Source of the DNA: a cyanobacterium endosymbiont of Rhopalodia gibba
GTDB taxonomy: Bacteria > Cyanobacteriota > Cyanobacteriia > Cyanobacteriales > Microcystaceae
Assembly (NCBI GenBank): GCA_045159875.1
Contig: CP067995.1
Location: forward strand, 2,400,001 to 2,464,000
Length of the DNA stretch: 64,000 bases
Reading direction: 5' to 3'
In this document: positions 56,413 to 64,000 of the stretch, in pieces
Layout of the letters: each line of letters begins with the position of its first letter
Numbering within the stretch: the first letter of the stretch is position 1
Made by a program: the position numbers and the translations under genes
Notes under the pieces: generated by a model
The model's database searches: none
What the model saw: the letters and a program-made list of their open reading frames with translations, nothing else
What the model was told of the DNA's origin: nothing

Positions 56413-57870
56413 CAGACAAACTTAAAATTGATCAATCAGTGACCAGATATATTAAAAAATAAGGGGTTAAATTACTAACTTAAATACTCTAAAATTTAAT
56501 GAAAATTAACTTAAATAAATAACTCTTCGATACCAAATAATAATTAACTTTATAGCCTTTATCAACTCTTACTTTGTCAAAGCTCTCAAAGCACTAAATA
56601 AATAATTCAAGACTACCTAAAATTTTCTAAGTATAAATTTATTTATTCTACCTAATTGCCTGAGATTAAGGTGTTTATAGTCAATAACCAAATAAGTTTT
56701 TTAAATTAGAGAAGTGAATTTTCAATAGCATCATTTGATTTTATATTTGTCAATACTTTGACCTTTCCAAGCTATTTTAAACAAACGATTGCCCAGTTTT
56801 CCTTGATTTAATAAGTTTTCAGTAGACTGGCACTCTCGTTTTTGATTAAAACTTGTGTTTCTTGAGCCTTCTTATCATTAAACCTAATTTCTGGTTATGA
56901 GATAAATTGTTAAATATCAGTTCAAATGGCAAAGTTTTTTCTCCTTTTACCTTTTATTTCAATATTTTAGTTAGAGCGTGTCACCTTTTTTATCTATGAT
57001 TATAACCATTTGGAGAATTCCTCAGATTATTAAATCCGGCTTAATCTACATACACACTTTTCTTTTCAAGGATTTATTCTAATCTTTATTAAGAATATTT
57101 TTTTTTGTAATTTATATACGTATTAATATACGTAAGTTTTTCCTAACTATTTATAACCTCTAACATGTAGAATCTATCCTTTATTCAGAAAAATTATTGA
57201 CCTATAATTTGGCTATTTTTTTTAATTTTTATAATTATTTTTTTCTTAAAATTGAACTGTAAATTTTATTTATTTTTAATTTTAAAATTTTGTATTTTTT
57301 TATAAAGATTCAATTACTTTTGAGTGTAATTTTTAATAAATTAGAACTATAAGGGAAGGTATCAAAATAACTGAATAGTACTCACTCGACCATTTAATTA
57401 CTTCTTTTCTGAAAAAAAGACTGTCCTGACATTTTATATTAAGCATCATTTTCTTTGTGATTACCCTTTCGGAGCTACGATCAATTAAGTTTTCTAAGGA
57501 ATAAAGGGTGTCTTTTTAGTTAAGGGTGATCATATTTAGTAGTTTTAGTAGTATGTTCTAGTAACTATGAATCTAACCTATAATAATTCTGCGATGAGAT
57601 ACGAGAAATAATGACCATGGATGGATGAATCCTAACGAATGAAGAAGCAAGAAAAATAATAGGTCTTTTCCATAATTGAAATTCTCTTTACTTCCTCTTC
57701 AACAAAGGTTTAAGTCGACAATAGTGCCTCTACTTCTAAGTGTTTCCTCATTCTGGATAAATTTTTTAATCAAGGTTAATCTCATTACCTAGAGTGATTC
57801 CAGAACAGACACATATTTATCTGGTTTTTTCTAGATCCTTCGAATCTCTATCTATTTATTGCAAAGACTC

Positions 57871-58890
57871 TCAAAAGTAGGTCAAGTGAAATAGTAAAAA
57901 TTTTGTCATTTGGATTGGGTTGAAATTATCATTACTAATCAAGATCAATGCCTGACTTACATCAGTAAGTTGAGAGCCGAGAATTATTCCTTCAAGATTA
58001 TCTAATCTAATGTTCAATTGGCTTAAATTTAGCTATATTTTTTGGAGGAAGAGGTTAAATACTCCTAAATTTTATGTCAAACGAGTCACACTAAAGACAT
58101 CAAAAACATTAGCACCGATGAGGGTGAAGAGCTTGGCCCCATGACCAAACAAGCTAAAACATTATAAACTGAGCCAATTTCCTTCCTCAGTTAGAGCAAC
58201 TAGGTTGGTAAACTTATTGATAATGGTTAGCTTTTGGGAGTTAGTCAAGTAGATCAATATGTTCAGCAATAATTTGTTTGGTGTTTGGGCTGTATTTTGG
58301 TTTAAAGAAAATTTAGTAATGATAAATAGTTTAAGATAGCTATCTCTAAAAATGCTTATGCTACTAATCGTTAATGCTTCAAATTCCAACTTGTCGGCCA
58401 CACTGCGAGGACTACCATCAGATTTTTTTCCAGTAAAAAGCTGATGGGGAGCGGGAGAATTTGTTTAAGTTATCCAGTGTTGAAATTAAATTCTCCTATG
58501 AACGTATTAATTTATCACTTGGAAACTACTTCACTTGCAAATAAAGACTTTTCTCTTAGGAAACAAAGGAATTTTTTTAAACTCAATAGTTTGGTGTGGA
58601 TAGAGTTTTCTTGTTGATTTTTCAATACGGTGACATTTTCTAGCTTTATCCTTTCAATTGGATGGCTGCCTATTTCCAAGAAGGATAAAGACAATTATAT
58701 GGTATAAAATCGGGTGGATATGCTTTGTGAACGATCATCAGACAAAGCATAAAAGAAGCCGTTTGACAATCATTAAGTGACAGTTGATAATTAGCCTACA
58801 GTTTTTTTAAGAATTTGTTTTACAAGCAGTTTAAATAATATTTAAACTGAGACTAATGATCACGCTAGAAACATTCTACACTTTCTCACT
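57871..58890 (-). pseudogene. 'Esterase-like activity of phytase' family protein pseudogene
   Basis: Fragments TVG*LSTVT, FYALSDDRSQSISTRFYT, RSVADKLEFEALTI and LDNLEGIILGSQLTDVSQALILISNDNFNPIQMTKFLLF; multiple lesions. Includes ORF 58162-58401. Confidence 0.85.
58827..58849. repeat. Palindrome (11-bp arms, 1-nt spacer) inside the phytase-like pseudogene
   Basis: CAGTTTAAATA-A-TATTTAAACTG. Confidence 0.88.
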
Positions 58891-59270
58891 CCTAAATTTT
58901 ATCAAGTCATCAATATTTTTTTTTGAAAAAATGTGGCTCTTCTAGACCGAGTATGATAGATTAGTGGCTAATAACCTCTAAAACTCTTGTTCTAACTGTA
59001 TTCTATAATTCCGATAACTTTGTATTGAATAATAATTAATTTTTTGGAATATTCGAAACCTTGTAAAGTAAAATTTTTAGATTTTTTGATTGTGATTTTG
59101 TCATGGCTAGTCTAGAAAACCCACAATTTTTACGTTAATTGACCGTAGCAATCTTAAATCATTTGTGAAATTCATGCTTGCTTTTCCCTTGAGATTTTTC
59201 TGACATCTAGTTCGATAATTGCTATATCAATTACTTTTTATCGTTAATCATCACTAGTTAATAGTATTTT

Positions 59271-60518
59271 ATGTTACACTTTTCACAAAAAATCAACAAA
59301 GTCTTCTTTTTAATTACTGTACTAATAACAGTCAAGAACCCGAATATTTGGATTCATTCATTACCGGTATTGGCTCAAGTTCAACAACTTGAACCTGACC
59401 CTTTAGCCACTCTCATCGATGATCCTCTTCTTCCTTCAGTTCCTCGTCCTCTCACTCCATTTGAACAGCGTAAACTGAGGGAAAAACTAAATACTTTAAA
59501 TGCTGAAGCTCAAACTCAATTGCACGCGGATAATGATAATGCAGCCTTCGAAATTTGGTATCGGGAATTGAGATTACGGAGAGTTTTAGGACGCTTAGAG
59601 GAGATTAAATCGTTAGGAAGAGTAGGAGAAATTGCTTGGAATCGGACACGGACTGAAGATGTCCAAGTTATTAACAAACGATTAGTTACTTTGCAAGAAT
59701 TATCCGAAAAAGAAGATTCTTTAAGTCCCGCTTTATTAATGGCATTAGCGGATGCTTATAAAAAACTACATGCTCTAGACAATTCCTTAGCTATCTATCA
59801 AAAAGTATTCAATAATGCCCGTAAAAATAATGACTCCATCGCTGAAGAAGTTGCTATCAGAGAGTTAGGTCAATTGTATTTAGCTAAATTTGACTATCCC
59901 AAAGCTGCTCCCATTTATGAAGATTTACTCAACCGCGCCCAAACTAGACAGAATATCTTAGAAGAAGGAGCATATTTGCAAATATTAGCTGAGATTTATG
60001 GACGATCTTTACAACCAGAAAATGCAGCTAGAATCAAACAGAAGTTAGTTAAAAATTATCTATCAAGTCAAGAATTAGAGTTAATTCCTTCTCTCAAAAC
60101 CGCCATAGGAAAAGATTACGAAATTTTAGGGAAACCAGAAATTGCAAGTCAAAACTATCAGGAAGCTTACTCATTAGCTTGGTCATTCCAATTATTTGGA
60201 GCAGCAGCAGAAGCGTTAACACAATTAGGAAAACTTTATCAGAAATATGATCAAAATGACTATGCTTTACAGATTTATAAAAATTTAATTCAAGTAGAGC
60301 AATTATCCTATAATTATTATGGATTAATGAGAGTCTATGAGAGAATTGGCCAGATTTACATGGTTAGTCAACAATATGAATTAGCTTTAGATTTTTTTAA
60401 AAAAGGATTAATTTTAGCCAAATCTCTTAATTATAAACAAAATGACTTTTTAGCTTATATACGAAAAGTTAATACAAGAATGGAGGGAAAAGAAATTAAA
60501 AAAGAAGTTAGTCCTTAA
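59271..60518 (+). CDS. Tetratricopeptide repeat protein with signal-like N-terminus
   Basis: Repeated helical TPR motifs (LGQLYLAKFDYPKAAPIYE, LGKLYQKYDQNDYALQIY, IGQIYMVSQQYELALDFFKKGL); N-terminal ..LPVLAQ. Confidence 0.85.
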   Translation: MLHFSQKINKVFFLITVLITVKNPNIWIHSLPVLAQVQQLEPDPLATLIDDPLLPSVPRPLTPFEQRKLREKLNTLNAEAQTQLHADNDNAAFEIWYRELRLRRVLGRLEEIKSLGRVGEIAWNRTRTEDVQVINKRLVTLQELSEKEDSLSPALLMALADAYKKLHALDNSLAIYQKVFNNARKNNDSIAEEVAIRELGQLYLAKFDYPKAAPIYEDLLNRAQTRQNILEEGAYLQILAEIYGRSLQPENAARIKQKLVKNYLSSQELELIPSLKTAIGKDYEILGKPEIASQNYQEAYSLAWSFQLFGAAAEALTQLGKLYQKYDQNDYALQIYKNLIQVEQLSYNYYGLMRVYERIGQIYMVSQQYELALDFFKKGLILAKSLNYKQNDFLAYIRKVNTRMEGKEIKKEVSP

Positions 60519-60601
60519 CCAAAAGGATAGCCCTAATATCTATTGGGAATAGATATTTCGCGTTTTTTAGCAGTTTGAAAACTTTTAATTACTTTTTTAC
60601 C

Positions 60602-61648
60602 TCATAGACTTTCTAACACTTTTTCTATCTTTACAGAGTTATACTCAGAAAAAGAAATTACTTTTTCAAATCTATTATAAGTTTTACTTAGAGATTTGCG
60701 ATAGGCAGGGTCATAGTGAGTTATCAGTAAGTCTTGTACTAAATTAAACCAATTTTTTTGATCAATCCATCTAAACCAATCATCTATTTTTTCTTTACCA
60801 TAACGAGATTTAAGATGAGTTAGTCTATTTTTTAGAATGTCAGGGTAGGTGATTAAATAAGTGTATTCTCGTATTAAAAAATTAACTCTTTCGGGCAGAG
60901 GAAGTTGTACTTCAAAACAGGGGGATTCTTTCATTTTATACCAAAGTTTTGACGGTAAATATACTTCACCAACTTTGTAACTTTCTGATTCAACCCATAT
61001 ATATTTAGTAATATCAAAGCTTTTAAATTGTTGCAATAAAAGTGAATCAAAATATTTTTGTGAAGGCTGATAATCTATTTGTTTACCCCATTCTTTTCCT
61101 AAAAGTGAACCTCGATGATTTGCTATCTTTTCTAAATCTAAAACTTGATATCCTTGTTTGGAAAGCTGATGTAATAAATTGGTTTTGCCAGTTCCTGTTA
61201 ATCCACAAAGGATATTATAATTGAACTTTAACGGTAATATTCCTAATTTTTCTCGTACATATTGACGATAAGTTTTATAGCCTCCTTCTAATACCTTAAC
61301 TTGCCAACCAATTTGGCTTAAAATAATAGCTAAACTATTTGATCGTTGACCTCCTCGCCAACAATAAATTAAAGGAACATAGTTTTTATCTTTTTCTGAA
61401 AAGTATTTTTCTAAAAAGTAACTAATATTTTTTGTAACTAGTGAAGCCCCAACTTTGCGAGCTTCAAATGGAGAAATATGTTTATAAATTATCCCAACTT
61501 TTGCCCTTTCCTTATTATTAAGAACGGGTAAGTTAATAGCTCCAGGAATATGATCTTCCATAAACTCATTTTCAGAACGGACATCAATAATTTCACTGCA
61601 ATCATCTTTCTCACTAATTTGATTAACAAAATGAGGCGACCTTATCAT
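60602..61648 (-). CDS. mnmH: tRNA 2-selenouridine(34) synthase / geranyltransferase MnmH (SelU)
   Basis: Rhodanese domain IIDVRSENEF..DHIPGAINLP and YCWRGGQRS; LEGGYKTYR; P-loop GLTGTGKT; DLE.IANHRGS and QPSQKYF motifs. Confidence 0.93.
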   Translation of the reverse strand: MIRSPHFVNQISEKDDCSEIIDVRSENEFMEDHIPGAINLPVLNNKERAKVGIIYKHISPFEARKVGASLVTKNISYFLEKYFSEKDKNYVPLIYCWRGGQRSNSLAIILSQIGWQVKVLEGGYKTYRQYVREKLGILPLKFNYNILCGLTGTGKTNLLHQLSKQGYQVLDLEKIANHRGSLLGKEWGKQIDYQPSQKYFDSLLLQQFKSFDITKYIWVESESYKVGEVYLPSKLWYKMKESPCFEVQLPLPERVNFLIREYTYLITYPDILKNRLTHLKSRYGKEKIDDWFRWIDQKNWFNLVQDLLITHYDPAYRKSLSKTYNRFEKVISFSEYNSVKIEKVLESL

Positions 61649-62881
61649 AATCTAGTTTGATTTACTATCAATTTATAAAAATTAAATTTATAAGAGGTAA
61701 TTTTATGAAAAATTTACGGTTAATATCTTAATATTAATACATATAGTTTACTAGGGAAAATACATAAAAAAACTCAAATTTTTTAAAAATTAAGTACCCT
61801 CCATGGCGAAACTACTATCGACTGTATGACCTTCATCTTTTAACAATTAGATTGTAGCATCATTAAGTCATTTTTTAAAGTTAATTTGCTTGAGGAACGA
61901 TTGACAATGAATACAAATTACATTAGTTGTCTCTACAACACGCATTAAATGATCAATAACACTCATGATCATTTTCAATATTGATGGTACTAATAGGACG
62001 TTTTCCTTGACTTATTTTCAACAACTAAGGTTTCCTGATCTTCATTGTCAGAGCAGAAGTTATGAAACTAAGTACCTGTTTTTCAGGACCAATACCATTG
62101 TTTTTTATTCAATTAATAAGTATTTGTAACTTTGAGTTTAGCTGTTCAATCATTCATTTGATAACCTAATAAAATTCTAGCTATTGAAACAGTTAAGACA
62201 CGACTATCACTAAATTTCAAGGTAGTCTAAGTATTAAAAACCGTATTTTCACAAAGATCTATAGATGAAATAGTAAGTTACTTACGTATTTTCACTAGGT
62301 TGAGATAAAAGTTGAGGCAAAGTATTTTTTTGAGAAAATTATTTTCTATTAATTTATTTTTTTATTTAATTAACCAAAATTTTATATATTAAACGAATAA
62401 TATTAACTTTAATAAAAAAAGTATGGATTATTTACATAAATCTTTTTTAGAAGTAAACCTATAATTGATTATTATATATGCTACCAATGTTATTGGTAAT
62501 TTTCTCCTTATAAAAGGACTCTCATCAACTTTATAAAAAATTCTTAGACTGGAGGAAAACTTCTGTAAGTTTTTTTGCAAAGATAAAGTAATTATACAAA
62601 TGTTCATCAAGAATGATAACTTATATACTAGTTTAATAGCAGCTTACAAAGCTAGTTTAAGAGAAATTAAGCAGTACTTTTCTAGAAGAACTTTTTCTTA
62701 ATAGTGAGAAGTAATGTTACTTTTTCTATTATTAAGTTCAGTAAATTAATATAAATCCTCTATTTTTTAGATTACTAATGTAAGGGAAAGTACCCATTAG
62801 AGTAAATTCAGTGATTACTGATGTCCTAATTAAATTCACTTTCTATTTTAATATTTATAAGCCTGTCCAGTATAATAAATA

Positions 62882-62913
62882 TTATTGAAAAGTCTATAGT
62901 GACTTTTCAATAA
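62882..62913. repeat. Hairpin (13-bp arms, 6-nt loop) in an AT-rich desert
   Basis: TTATTGAAAAGTC-TATAGT-GACTTTTCAATAA. Confidence 0.9.
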
Positions 62914-64000
62914 AAAAAGTTTTAAAAAAAAATCAATAATAGTATCTTGATTTATAAAATTAATTATTTTAGTTTTAAAGCAATAAATAAGAGTAAATAT
63001 CTTATAAGTTTTATTAATGGTTTAAGAGAAAATTTAGTTACCTTTAGTTAAATTAAAAGAAGGGATATAAAATTCTAATAAATTAGACAGTTTTTATTCT
63101 GAAAATACTCATTGCTAATTGTTTCACTACAATCACCTTTCATGCAATCTCCATATCTACTAATGTAATGTTAGATAATCTGTTTCTCGTTTATGTCGAA
63201 GCAATAGACATGACGGGACAATCTACTAATGATAGTACGGCTTCTAGTATCTATATGACTGCTTATAAGGCACAAATCAAAGAAACCCCTAAAAAATCTT
63301 GATTGTTCCCATCGTCAACGCATCTTGAATATTAAATTGAAATTGGTTGTGAGTATCATATAATAAAATTTTCATAAATCAATAGTTATTTTACTTTTTT
63401 TATATAAAAAAGTGATGTTATACTTCGCTTAATTTTTTATCCCATAAAATGATTAACATATGAATTGCAGCATTACAGTGCAGTTTTATGCATATTTCTC
63501 TAATAAAGGCAATTATTCTTGAGACAATTTATACTGTTGTTTATTATTATCTGATAATACAAAAATTAGCTTAACTGGGTTATGCTATTAACTAATCTAT
63601 TTTACCAGAACTTGCTATTGCTTCTATTTTAAACATCAATATATTTGTTAGAGCGTTGATTTATTACCCTTTTAAATTAATTTAATTAGAATATGATTCT
63701 CTTTGGAAGAAATGTCGCAATTTAAATTATTCTCTTTTTTTTTACTGTTTATTACATAAAAAAGATCTACTAATTATTAGTCTAACTACTAAAATTAGGA
63801 TTGAAAGTACCAGTGTTGCTAACAATTATTACTAATTTAAAACTCTTGAAGCCATACTAGTTCTATCTTTATTAACCACCCTAGCAACAGCGTATTAGTA
63901 GGACTGCATCATTTAACAGTAATAGTTGAGGTAGTAATTAGGGATGCCAGTATCAGCGAAATATATCTAAGTTGTTTTTATTGCGCCCAGGTTGTTTATA

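Noticed and set aside
61790..64000. Possible gene remnants on the minus strand (e.g. LEAVLSLVDCPVMSI near 63200); similar faint remnants at 11740-12830, 16380-16600, 44950-45110 and 51350-51700
   Set aside because: Too degraded to assign to a family by eye; would need a frameshift-aware homology search.

Overview
AT-rich window from a unicellular cyanobacterium (Crocosphaera/Cyanothece-like gene set) whose genome is being eroded. About 30 intact genes are interleaved with roughly a dozen pseudogenes at different stages of decay and with 1-2 kb AT-rich deserts. Intact genes include a serpin, exbB/exbD, a CruA-type lycopene cyclase, cobA-hemD, gcvP, uvrB, cugP, C-DES, ndhS, alaS, mlaE, a carbamoyltransferase-SxtJ-SxtK-like operon, sigA, crtE and mnmH. 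Pseudogenes include scpA, a HAS-barrel gene, a CYP110-like P450, an sll1218-like oxidoreductase, an ABC-class ATPase, hli, a metallophosphoesterase and a phytase-like esterase. This pattern suggests a non-photosynthetic endosymbiont such as a rhopalodiacean diatom spheroid body (inference). I saw no rRNA, tRNA, CRISPR array or intact IS element. The most unusual signal is a set of at least 12 sequence-unrelated perfect or near-perfect palindromes/hairpins (arms 11-22 bp) in dead DNA. In three pseudogenes a hairpin overwrites recognisable codons, which points to template-switch or fold-back mutagenesis. All family calls come from motif recognition by eye, not database searches.
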